In this document: positions 52,380-64,000 of the stretch, one piece after another
Layout: every line of letters begins with the position of its first letter
Numbering within the stretch: the first letter of the stretch is position 1
Origin: Camelus ferus
Lineage: Eukaryota
DNA length: 64,000 bases
Direction: 5' to 3'
Assembly (NCBI RefSeq): GCF_009834535.1
Contig: NC_045697.1
Span: forward strand, 63,676,001-63,740,000
Notes under the pieces: model-generated
What the model was told of the DNA's origin: nothing
Databases searched by the model: none
The model's input: the letters and a program-made list of their open reading frames with translations, nothing else
Translations under genes and position numbers: made by a program

Positions 52380-52480
52380 AAGGTTATTGAAAGGATAAAA
52401 TGAGTTAATAATTGTAAAGCTCTTTGAGCAGTGCCTGCCACGTAGGGAGCACTCAATAAGTGGTCACAATTATTATTTCC
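52380..52480 (+). mobile_element. MIR 3' half
   Basis: aggataaaatgagttaata...gtaaagc...cagtgcctgccacgtagggagcactcaataa. Confidence 0.8.
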
Positions 52481-54009
52481 TAGTATTATTACTACTACTA
52501 TTTTTCATATTACTTGTCCTTCCTTTATTCTTTCCTCCTGTCCGAGACAATTTGAGTGTCATCAGTGATAACCAAAGCCTAGCCTGACTCTTAAAGGATT
52601 TTATATTCTATATTGTTTCTAAGAGGACACATTCCAGATAGGACAATATGCAAAATATACTTGAAATCTATCATTGAATCTCAAAAATTCATAGTCCCAT
52701 ATTTCATATTACAGATGAAAAAAACTTTTATTTACCTTTTCACTTACAGAAGTGAAAAAGTACAGTTTACAGAAAGTAATGCCTAAGGCCTACGGATTTT
52801 ATAAGCTATTTTTCACATCCTCCATATTTTCTGGGTGATCTTCAGGTTGGATTTTGAAGATCTCCTCTATGCTTGTAGACTACTGACATTCCAAGAAACT
52901 CTCTAAAAGAAACCTGTTGGTTAAGCAAAACTAAGCTTATCAGATCTACTTCAGTAAGAAAGAACATATTCTTAGTGACATTTCAAATAAGGAAAACAAA
53001 ATCCAAAAGAAGTGCATATTTTTCACTTTTTAAAATCTTTCTTTTGGAAATGTTTGATTATCTAGATCAGATATTCTTGGAGTATGTACACAGTCACAGA
53101 ACGATTTTTCCCAAGGGAAGCAGAAGAAAAGAGTGAGCAAAAGTAGAGAAGTGAGAGGGAGCCTGCTTTGGACAGACATGAAACCAACACTATGGAAGAA
53201 CAAAAGAAGCCTTCGATGTGGGAAACTCATTACACACACATGTATACCAAGAGCCACAGAAAAGAATATTTACAGCAGGTTTAAACAATAATTTGAACCC
53301 TAGTGAATTCTGTCAAAAAGCAATCTGACAGTTATATTCCCCAAAATGAACTCTGCAATTTCATATTGTTTGGAATGGAATTAAGCCAATTAGAGATATA
53401 AGCACATGAATTAAAATATAAAATAGTCAGGAATTTGACCTAGAAGGCCAAACAAATGGAGAAGACCACATGAAAATACTGCTTGAGCAACCTCCTGTCT
53501 TAAAAACCTGACGTTAAACAAATGAGGGGCTTAACAGACCCTCTAATAACTTCAAGCGAAATGAAACTAATTGGAATCAACAAAGATAAGACTGAGGCCA
53601 ATCTTTATAGAATTTTGGAACAATACTCAAGGTACAGTTTGTCTAAAGGGAATCAGCCTAACAAGGTCTTCTGAACTCAGGAGTGCTTGGACTTAGACCC
53701 TTTTGTTAATGACTCACGTTGGAGAGTCATGCAAACAGACCAATAACAGTGTTCTAAGTAATAAGAACAGGTGTTTTCATCTAGGATAAGAGTTTTCAAA
53801 TTTGATTGGGTAATTAAAAGATGGGAATATTCAAAAGATATGGTATATGCTCTGTATTACTATTTTAAAACCAGGCTGCTTTCAAATTACCAGATATATT
53901 TGACCCAAAGAATTTTGGATAAGGAATCATACATCTGTTGTAGGATATATTTCACTCTGAAACCCTAGACAAAATAGGATCCAGTCTTTTCACAATAAAA
54001 ATTTTTAAT

Positions 54010-54230
54010 TAACACTTGCTAAATGCTTATCATTGCTGTAAGAATTTTACATATATTCACTTATCACAGCAAACTTTTGAAATAGCCGCTATTATCATTC
54101 CCATTTCAGAGGAGAAAAAGCAAAATCAAAAAGAGTTTAAATAACTTGTCCAAGTCTTATAATTAATATGTGGCTGAAGTCAGGACTCAAAACTAGGAAA
54201 TACGACTCCAGGATAAAACTTCAACATTAT
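54010..54230 (-). mobile_element. MIR SINE
   Basis: tattatcattcccatttcagagg...aataacttgtccaag...caggactcaaa...gactcca. Confidence 0.8.
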
Positions 54231-54311
54231 ACCATGACTAATAAGGAGAGAAATCTCTGTTCTCTAATTCTGTAACGTTCTTCTCTCTGTAAGCCATGTA
54301 GCTTCTCTACC

Positions 54312-54336
54312 TTTTTTTTTTTTTTTTTTTTTTTTT
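54312..54336. repeat. poly(T) run, 25 nt
   Basis: Read directly. Confidence 0.95.
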
Positions 54337-56139
54337 AACATATCCTTTGTCCCTGATGACCACCCACAAATGATGGTCTCAGCTGTCTACTTCATAGTCG
54401 GACCGTCACTTCTGATTATAGACAGGGTGGTCTGTTTTCTCCTCACTCATCCCTATGGTTCAAATAAATATACTTTAGGAATAAGAAATATGATAAGAAA
54501 AAAGTTTTTTTTCTCTTTTCTTTCCTTTTATGGTGTTCAGATGATACAAGCATCATTAAACTCATCTTTTTAGTTTACCATTGGTTCTCTGAAAGAGGTT
54601 TCTCCTGATCTGGCTGTTTACCTTGAGACAGTTGTGGTTAGGGAAGAAATACTGTTAGTAACTTCTGGAATGAAGATTGGGCTACCATTTTCACTTTCTT
54701 TTATTATTTTTTAATCAATAGAGGTTGAGTTAGGAAAATACAACATTTATCTGTCATAAGCAGTTTGTGCAGTTTTCCTAGGCTCACACCTCTTAATTAG
54801 GTCCTAATCATTTTTGCAAAATTAGCTTCTCAATTACCTCTCTCCTCCAAATCTGTTACATCTGGAGTAGAGTAGGGGGGTCTTATCTTTCACTGATTAA
54901 AAATAACATAACTTATGAAGGGAGATAAATGTTGGCAATATGGTAAATTAAAACAGTTCTCTGTCTAGGTTTACTGATCGGATGTGTATCCAGTCTTTGG
55001 ATTTTTAAAACCAAATCATTGATGATATGTGACTCCTGAACATTAGCAAGGCCTGTACTTTTGTAGGCTAAAAGGAGTGAGATCAGACAATATCCTGTAT
55101 GGAAAATTCACAATTCACTTGCTTGTCCATTTCTTCGTGGCATCGGGGGTAGATGATCACAAATAGGATCTAGATGAATATCCCATAAAATAGTTGAGAG
55201 GAAATATAAGGCTTATTTGAGTTTGTCTTCTTATTTATAAGTGCTCAAAAATGTTAAATTCAAAATGAGTAAGTTAATGATATTTAGCAATTTTAACTCC
55301 TCCTCCTATTTACAACTGCTGCCATTGTCAAACCAAATCATGGTGTTGTCCTATGCTTGGTTATATAAAAGTCAATTAAAAAGTAGGTTTACCTAATAGT
55401 CTAGAAGTCTGGAACTTTAGAAATTAAACACATTTGTTGAAACATGTGGCATCAATTCTAACATCCTGTGCATCCAGTAAACAACTTGTTGACCACCTTT
55501 TACCAAGCTGAAGAAATAGTTCTTTGTCCCTTTCTTGCTTCCAGTTATAGTCTATCAAAGATGTTGCTTTCCCCTCTAACAAGTTACATTTAATAATATA
55601 TTAGCTCTAGTTTACCTTCTGGAAGTGAAAGTCACAAAGAAGATTGAGAGTAAGTCGTACCTTGTGCAAAAATGTCAAAAGTGTACAGAGGTCAAAAGCA
55701 TCAGGGAAAGCAAATTATCTTCCAATTTTGTGCTGAAGAAGATTCTACTAATCTTAGTGACTTTTGATGGATAAGAGAGGTGATAGCCATGTTGAAAATA
55801 GTTTGAGAGTTGGCAACAAAAAAATGAACGTGAAAAGCATATTTAAGAACTTGGCAAGTGAAAGAAATTTAAAAGAACAATAAAGTGATGCCTGGAGAAT
55901 ATGTTAACTTGAGGATTCATTTCTTGAGAATGGAGTGATTCATAGGTGTTTTTGTGTAGCACTCAGACAATTTGAGGTCAAAGAAAACTGCAAATGATTT
56001 AGGCATTATTGGAGCCAATGACTTCAATAGGATCATAAAGTAATTTGTAAGAATTTTATATTACGCTTTGCATACAGAGACATCTATGGCACAGAAATTC
56101 ATCAAATTCCCCTTAAATGATGAGAAATGCCTATATACT

Positions 56140-56400
56140 AAGAGGCAGTGTAGCTAGTACAGCAGGATTTTTAGAGAGCACATATTTTAGAGCTTTCAAT
56201 ACCAGTTCTGCCCTTTGCTCAGCAATGTGATGTTGAGCAACTTGCATATCCTATCTGTACCTCAGTCTCTTCATTTTAAAGTTAAAATCCGTAGCTGTAC
56301 CTTATCTGATAGGATTGTTATGAATAGGGAAAATGAGATTGCATATGAAAAATAATGATCTCAATGTCAGGTGCCAATAAAAATACCTAATATGAAAGAT
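56140..56400 (+). mobile_element. MIR SINE
   Basis: aggcagtgtagc...tgtgatgttgagcaac...tctgtacctcagtctcttcatt. Confidence 0.75.
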
Positions 56401-56599
56401 TTAAATACTGTTACTGTTTGTTATTACTGTTACCTTAAATTAATAAAGACTGTGGATATTCTACTGTGAGTGTCAAGCCACTTACTCAGCAACACACCTC
56501 AGACTGAGTGTTGCCTAGTCAAGGAAGAATTCCCCAGGGATCCCTACTTGCAAAAATAGGACTTGAGGCTTGGTTCTATCATGTTGTTATGTTTATCAT

Positions 56600-56745
56600 T
56601 TGTATTGTGAATCTGTTTGTTTGTGTCTCCACCAGTCTGTCACTTAGACTGAGTTCCTGGAGAACAGGGTCTTATTCTGTTTACAGCCATAAAAGCTAGA
56701 ATAGTTCCTGATATATAGTAAGCACCCAACAAATGTCCATAGAGT
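56600..56745 (+). mobile_element. L2 3' end
   Basis: ttagactgagttcctggagaacaggg...atagtaagcacccaacaaatg. Confidence 0.7.
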
Positions 56746-58139
56746 TGAATCTTACTCCTTCTTAGGATCAGTACAGAACATTCATCCCTTTTGCCTTTCA
56801 TATGTTTAATTAATATATTTTTGTGTCATTTATAATGAAATACTCAAGTTAATAAGCATATGTAGTTGAATATATTCTCATTATAGCCTACTTAAAGAGA
56901 TAGCTGCTGATAATGGTTTTTCACATTTCAGGTGAATTGGAGTTAAAAAATCTGAAATGCTGAGAAAAATATTTATAAAGCCTTAATTGTGGGAAAAAAA
57001 GTATAATATAGTTGAATCTTTTTTTAAATTTGCCAAGTTCATGTCAAAGCTCGTGATCTGTCTGAGTGAATTTTAAACTTGTATGTTGGGGCTAATTAAG
57101 CTAGTTGCATTACCCATTACCCTTTGTTATGATTAAATTATGCAAGGTCTTCAGGCACTTTCATGTTCCTCTCATAAGACCACCCTAAACTGTCCTTCCC
57201 TTTTGGAAAGATAAAGGCTGATCCAGGTATGGAGAGGGTTAACTGATTGCCCAAAGTTAAACAGTGTGTGTAAATTCAGTGGTATTGATATAGTTAAATG
57301 GTATTTAAACTGATCTGTGATAATTAAGGAAAGATGCTCTTTAAAATGATACATGAATCTGAGGGCCAAAAGACTGAACATTTGCATATAGAAAATATTA
57401 GTCATGTGGCAATAAAACTAATTCACAGAACAAGTACTTTTTAATAATTTCTAGAAACGTGATAAGAGATGAAAAAAGGAGGTAAGAATTTGAATTTTAA
57501 AAATAAAATCGAAATTATATATGTCTTTAGGAGGTCATACATTTTTAGGTATTTAGCTGAAAAAATATCATGAATAACTCTTCCCTTTTCAACCTGACAA
57601 CACTGCAGATATACAGTTAATATCCTAAACTCATGAGGTAGTCTGTAATAAAAAGAAATTAAACCAACTGGGCTCTTTTCCCAGAAAATCACTGAAGCAA
57701 GAAATACCTGTATCAGGAGAGAGGAAGCGAGAAAAAAAAGAAAAAGACAGTAAAACAAAAAATGGGAAGAAAACCAGCTGGCCAAATTTAATGGAATAAG
57801 TAGAAAAGTTGTGCATTTTATAGGCAGTCAAATAAAATTTCCCCTCTGACTTACGAAGGAATACACTCAAAACATAAACCATAGTTTTCAGTTATGAGAG
57901 GAAAATTCAAATACAATTTATTTCATGGGACTGTGGGGAAAGAACTTTATAGCTTTGCTTCTAAACCTTAAATTCCATTTAAGTGTGTTTTTTAAAGTTA
58001 TGTTCTGGTTAGCTGAGATATTCCCATTACCAACCTATTTCCAAAGCCATTTTGTGGTCTAAGTCTATGTTTATAACTCACTGAGGGATTGTTCTGTACA
58101 AATTAAGGGTGAGTCCTGTTCTGATTTAGGGTCCATTAA

Positions 58140-59110
58140 TTACATTGTGGTGTTGCCTCAGGTCCTGATCCTCTTCACCATTTGACACATTTTTTCCTCC
58201 ATAATCTTAGCCACTCTGGTGGCTGGAACGTTGGCTACATGCTGATGTTCCTAATCTTCTCTGCATCCAGATCTCCTTCCAGATCTATGTGTTTATTAAC
58301 TTATTGGACATTTCTACTTAAATGTTCTCTAAGTTTTGAAGATATGTACAGACAATTCATAATCACCATGTTCTTCCCTCCCCCACACGCCAATCTCTTT
58401 TCTGTTTTATTTAATGAGATTACTTCTTAACAGTCACTCATTCCAGAAAACTTAGAATCAACCTTACTTCTTGCTCCCTATGTTCCCTGTCATCACAGAC
58501 AGTATACAGTCTCCACTCTACTTCAGATCTATCTCAATTACCTCTCCTCCTATCTATCCCTTTTCCACTGAATGCATTTGGATCTTCATTACCTAATAAG
58601 GAAAAAATGTATCATAACTTTTTAACAGGTTCTACAACTTCTGTTCTCTCCCATCTCCAGTCCCTCCTCCACAGTGTTGCCTGAGTATAATTATGAGACT
58701 TCTAAACTAAAGAGTGTTACTGTCTTCCTGTGACACAAAGATTATGTCCTTAGTATATCAACCAAGACTTCAGCAAATAGGCTTTAATTTATTACCATTT
58801 TAGAAATCTCCAAATTTCTTCTTCAGTTAAACTATAGTGAGGGAATTGTAGTCATTCTTTAAGACCCAGCATCTCCTTTGGCAATTGAGTTACCCATGCT
58901 GTAGCATATTTGGACTTTTTCTTACTGCTATTGTAGAAATAATTACATTTCTTACAGTTATTGGCCAACATTTGTCTGGTTGGCTAAAGCCAGAGCTTTT
59001 CTAGGGCAGGTGTTGTGTCTTTTACATCTTTGCAATCCTCAGAACTTGATTTAAGAGCCTAGAACAGAGGAGATATTTAATAAACATTTGCAGGTGGAAT
59101 GAATGCATGA
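58140..59110 (+). mobile_element. Fragmented L2 3' region
   Basis: tgcctcaggtcctgatcctcttc...ttctagggcagg...ttaataaacatttgcaggtggaatgaatg tail. Confidence 0.7.
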
Positions 59111-59169
59111 CTTGTTAGAAATCTCTTGAGAGTTTTCCAGGGTGGCCTTCTTGAGGTTGGCAGGAATTT

Positions 59170-59183
59170 CCACTAGATGTCAC
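59170..59183 (+). promoter_or_regulatory. CTCF-like motif (candidate)
   Basis: CCACTAGATGTCAC. Confidence 0.5.
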
Positions 59184-59219
59184 TAGCACATTTCCAATAG
59201 CGACATCTAAGGTAAAGTG

Positions 59220-59410
59220 AACTAACCTTTACTGAGCACCTACTGTGTGCCAGGCCCTTTATAACAATTCTGTGAAGTAAGTATTATTATCATAAATCTA
59301 CATTGGAAGCAGATGCTTAGAATGATTAATAGGTCATATAGCTAGCAGGATGTGAAGGTGGGATTAAAATCTACAAGTGACTGCCATTGAAACCTGTGGT
59401 TTTCCCACAG
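59220..59410 (-). mobile_element. MIR SINE
   Basis: tttactgagcacctactgtgtgccaggc...ggtcatatagctag. Confidence 0.75.
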
Positions 59411-61202
59411 TGGCAGCCACATTATATTTCTTTGCTGATAATTGAGCCTCTGGCCTCTGGCCTCTGGATGATAAACAGCATATGCCACCTTTTCTAACAA
59501 ATTAAATTTTATTGACATAATAAGCTATTATTGAGCTAGACACTCTTATTTAAGACCTTTCAAGTTAAAAGTCATAAACTTCTCTAATAAGATTTCCTTG
59601 AATAGTTAGTTGGCAAACAAACTACCATTCAGAGAAAACTTTCTAATTAAACATAAGAATGTGGGTTTTAAACAAGAGTGGTTAGATTTCCATTATATTA
59701 CTAGGTTTTGTTTTTTTTTTTTCAATTAGGATTAGAATATGGATGCCTACTGCTTATAAGGTGATAGATTTAGTAATTAAGGCTGGACACAATAATAAAA
59801 TATAGTCCCTACCTTCAAGCATCTCATAAAATCTATGATGTCTCCTTGATTCAAAGTCAAGAATGTCATGATGTTCTTACTGTGGAGTGTATTTAATCTG
59901 AGACTCTGAAGTTTAAATAGCATTTGGAGATCATAATCACTTTGATATTGTGACTTCATCTATTCTTGGATCTTAAATACAAGGATGCACATTCCTGAAT
60001 ATTCTGAAAGCCCACTGGTTCCTGCCTGCTCACTCTAGATGCCATGCTATAGCTTTGGACTCAACTCTGCCTTTATAGAGACCAAGCAAGCCCCAGGACT
60101 TGAAGAGAAATATATTTGTAGAAGTGCTAATCAGAGGAGAACAGTTATAAGAAAGTTTGATGAGAAAGTGCTTAGACTTGAATGCATGCACTTGGATGAC
60201 CCCATCATCATATTTTCCCACCTTGTACAGATGGTGGCACCAAAACCATCAGCCATTATACAAATGAAAGAAAGGTGACAGGGAGGCAGGTGACTCATGC
60301 CTCTTCATAAATTTTATAGCTTCTCTGTCATTGAGTCAATTTCAGTACCATATCAGATTGTTTAAACTTTCTGCCAAACTCAGGCATGGTTAGTAGTTTT
60401 GCTTTTGCTATTGTTAATTATTTAGAGGACTTAAACTCCATAAACTAATTTGAAATTGTGCATTTGTTTACAGTTTGATAAAGTTCTCTACAGATTTTTA
60501 AAGATATAGGAATTAATGCAGACATGGAAACAGTTTATCTCCCTCTCTTAATGTTTTATGTGTGGTGAGTTTGAGTTTAATGTGAAATTAAATTGTGTGA
60601 TTTGAAAGTTAGCAATATAAAAGGATAATACATTTTCAATTTATTCTAAAAATTAGAAATTATTTCAAGCTCCTGTATTAAAAAGTGCATATAGAAAAGC
60701 ATGAAGTCAAAGTTAAGGCCCAAGGGAGTCATAAATTTTGTTTATGCTATTTCTACAAAAAGATATCTCTTTAGAAAATAAGCAAAAATAGCCATCAACC
60801 TTTATTGATATTTGCATTGAATTAAGAGAGTTTTAAATTATATGAGATCATTAGCAATGTGTTTCTCAAATAAAATGTGCCCCATTTGTACTCCTTTCTT
60901 ATCAGAAAACAGCAACAAACTTATGTTTTTTTAAAAATTGATAAAGTTTAGTCTCTGTGTATTCATGCCTCCTATCTTTTACTTTCTACTTTTATCTGGA
61001 ACAGAGTACAGATTCAAAATATGTATTTATTGAGATATTGAATTCATAAATAAATGAATAGTTGGATCATTCAAGAAAGATTTGGTGATCACTCAGTGGC
61101 TTCTTTCTCCTGCTTTCCTACCATCCCTGGCAGTTTGCACAAAATAAAAACACCATGAAGCTCCAGGAATCCCTAGTACATAAATTTCATAGCCCCAGAG
61201 AC

Positions 61203-61455
61203 AAGGCAGTATAGTGATGAGAGAACGTAGCCTATGGAGCCAACTGCCCAGGAGCAAATCCCAGCTGCATCACTTACTAGTTCCTGTAGTAACGATAGCA
61301 AAGCCTTAGAAATTGTGCTTCAGTTTTCTACCCTTAAAATGGGAGATGATAATAGTATCTGCCTCATAGAGTTATTACAAAGCTTAAGTGAGCTTGAATA
61401 CACAAAGTCCTCTGAGCAGCATGTGACATACTCTTAATGCTTTAGATGTGTTAGT
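61203..61455 (+). mobile_element. Near full-length MIR
   Basis: aggcagtatagtg...aaatcccagct...cttactag...ctgtgcttcagttttc-like core...taaaatgggagatgataatagtatctgcctcatag. Confidence 0.9.
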
Positions 61456-61483
61456 TGTTGCTGCTGCTGCTGCTGCTTGTTGT
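61455..61483. repeat. (GTT)/(CTG)n trinucleotide tract
   Basis: gttgttgctgctgctgctgctgcttgttgtt. Confidence 0.85.
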
Positions 61484-62087
61484 TAAAAGTGCAGCTTAGA
61501 AAGGTGAGGGACAAACTATTTGATAGATTTCTCGTTTTGTTTCCTCAAGTGATAAGTAAAACACAGGGATCATTTTTTATTTCAATTAATTAGGTTCATT
61601 GAGTGGAGAGTTTTACAAGCTTTGTGACTTTAAAAAAATAATTCCAAGAGGGAAAAATATGAGTTAAAAATGATTTTACCTAACTACAAATGAGAGTTAG
61701 ATTTGTGATATTTTAATAGTTCATTACACTTATTTAGCTATTTTAATATAATCATGATTTTACATGTATTTGCTTTAAAGGTAAAAATGAGTAAAATGTC
61801 TGTGAGTCTGTCAATGAATCATACGAAAAGAAACGTTCTCCATTCAGGTGATGAGTCCTTAAAAGGCACCACCTGATGGCAGAATGTTCTGATGACATGT
61901 AAAAAGCTAAACAAAAACAGCTTGTAGTGCTAAGCTGACAAACTGAAACAGTGAAGTACTAGGCATTACCACAGTATCCATTTATGTATGTAAATTTGGG
62001 GTTTCATTTAAATGAGCCTTGAAGTTTAGCAGGCCTAGAAAAGAGTTGGAGATTGTGAATGTGGCCATTGAATGTGAAAGTTTCCAA

Positions 62088-62320
62088 AGGCAACATAGTG
62101 TTATACCTGAACCCGGTCTTCCCAGTTTCAAATCCTGGCTTCCCTTCTCGTTAGCTATCGAATTGACCTTAAGCAAGACAGTTAACTTCTTCATGGCTCA
62201 GACTCCTTGTCTAGTACCAATCTCAGAGTTATTGTGAATCGATTAACTTGTTTTTATAAGATTCTTAGACTCTTATCTGAGGCAGGGCAAGTGCCAAGTA
62301 AAGTGCTTAGTAAGTAAGTA
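62088..62320 (+). mobile_element. MIR SINE
   Basis: ggcaacatagtg...ttcaaatcctggct...tgaccttaagcaagacagttaacttc. Confidence 0.75.
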
Positions 62321-64000
62321 GATAGAAGGGCTTTATAATATACTCATTTCAGTGGGGTTTATGATACCAAAACCATCTTTTAAAGAATATTGATGGTTCT
62401 CTGGGTGTTTAATACAGTGTTACAAAGTCCTGGCTCTGAAAAGGTACCTCACTTTTGTAACCTTGTGTTGAAAGAAGGAATGTTATGTAGTCCCAATTAA
62501 CTAACAGTGTAAGGCAGAAAATAAAAAAGAATTAAGAGCAGCAGTTTTTGTGATGTTAACCACACTTTAAAAACCCTAGCTTTGCTACTCATCACTTATA
62601 TGGCCTTAGAAGAGTTATTTGTTTTCTTCAAAACCTACTTATTTCAGTTTAATAATAAGAACAGGAAAAATATTATATGTTGTTTGTATCATCCTTATTT
62701 ACTTTTCGCTTATTTACTTTTCTAGCAAAATTCAGTTTTTCTTTCTCTATTACCCAAGTGATTAAGATTTGCCATTTTTGATATTTCTAAATAGAGGCCC
62801 CAAATCTCTTATAAGTCATTTTATATTTATATGATTCCAAGTTTTATTGCATATTAGATGGCAAAACATTAGCATTATGTATGTCTGTTAAACATTTGAT
62901 TTTCTTGTTGATATATCCAAGACTGAATATTTTCTTCTAATCATAATACCAAGCTCAGGAAAGATACAGATAATTGTATGTATGGGTATTCCAAAAATAA
63001 AAGTACACATCGTAGAAGTTCGAACTAACAATACATCTGTTTTTCCTCTCCTTTGTGCTTATCTGTTTATGGAAGAAGTAACAATTGTAGTTATAGAGAC
63101 TAATCTTAAAGTTTCTTGTCGACTGGATAACTTCACAGGAAACTGAAGCACTGAATGGAAAATAAACTTTTATGGATAAACACCTTTTTATGCATCCCCG
63201 AAGAATGCCTTCTGTTTATATGAACAAAGGCTTCGTTCATAATTATACTCCAGTGCACTTTCTGTCTGTTTTGCATATCCAACTTGCAGTTTTCTTGTTG
63301 TTAGAAATGTTAGACTGTGTCATTTTGAAGTTGAGTATTATGATCAACTCTTTCCAATAGTATTTTTTTTTTGTAGAAGATGTTTTCTGTTGTGAAATTT
63401 AGATAAATTGCTCAAATTTAGAAACTTTGATAGTATAGCCTTGTTTCCTCCCCAGACAGTCTAGGTAAGGAAAATATGCTTTAGGAGTATCAGTGAATGT
63501 GCCAGTCAGTGTTTAAAAAGATAACTTAAATTCCCTTCTTTGAAAGAGATGGGAAAAAGTGAGTTGTTGAAGTTGCAATCTGCAGTTTTGATATTCATAT
63601 ATAAAAGGGGGCAGGTGTTCTTTTCTGCTAAGTCATTCCCATAATACATTTACCCTGTATTCAGAGATGGATATGCTTACTGCCAAGCCTTGGCAGAAAG
63701 TTTCAGGAAAACATTGATTAAACTCTATAGGTGAACAAAGGAGAGAAGATTAGCCATTTGGAATGTAATGTTCTTTCAACCTTTTCTTAGCTTCTTTCTT
63801 CTTACATACTTTCTTTGATTCCTAGTATTAAGCCTAAAATGAACTATGATTTTTAATGTATTTTCAGACAATTAAATTTATATATATAGGTAATATGTAT
63901 GGTCAGTATCAAATTCCTGAGAACATTCGTCAACCACCTTTTTAACATTAATCTTCACTAATATTTATAGAATTTGCATAGCCTCTAAATATATTTTTGA

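Noticed and set aside
52735..52892. Minus-strand exon-like segment (EEIFKIQPEDHPENMEDVKNSL)
   Set aside because: Stops in all frames, ambiguous donor, no recognisable homology
59446..59467. (GCCTCTG)3 and other short tandem units such as (GGCAAA)3 near 37966
   Set aside because: Ordinary slippage repeats with no spacers; not CRISPR-like
61845..61900. Hammerhead ribozyme core (tgatgagtcc; ctgatga)
   Set aside because: No CUGAUGA-stem II-GAAA arrangement or cleavage triplet

Overview
AT-rich, CpG-poor mammalian DNA that looks like a long intron or gene desert. The youngest LINE-1 3' UTR (35.8-36.7 kb) resembles camelid-type L1 as I recall it, and I saw no Alu, Bov-tA or PRE-1 SINEs, so a cetartiodactyl/camelid source is likely (inference). 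No known protein-coding gene, tRNA, rRNA, CRISPR array or known miRNA is recognisable. The only clear protein homology is the L1 ORF2 C-terminus (19.6-20.3 kb and 36.1-36.7 kb); the other track ORFs look like chance ORFs. Much of the window is decayed transposons (MIR, L2, L1, MER5A, MLT1, ERV LTRs) and simple repeats. The best non-repeat signals are: a CpG-retaining 47.0-49.1 kb block with well-formed candidate exons on both strands; further exon-like units at 8.5, 31.7, 39.9-40.1 and 63.5 kb; CTCF-type motifs, one as an inverted pair; and a 60-nt hairpin at 61.8 kb. Repeat boundaries and family names were assigned by eye and are approximate. I found no solid evidence for a new biological system.
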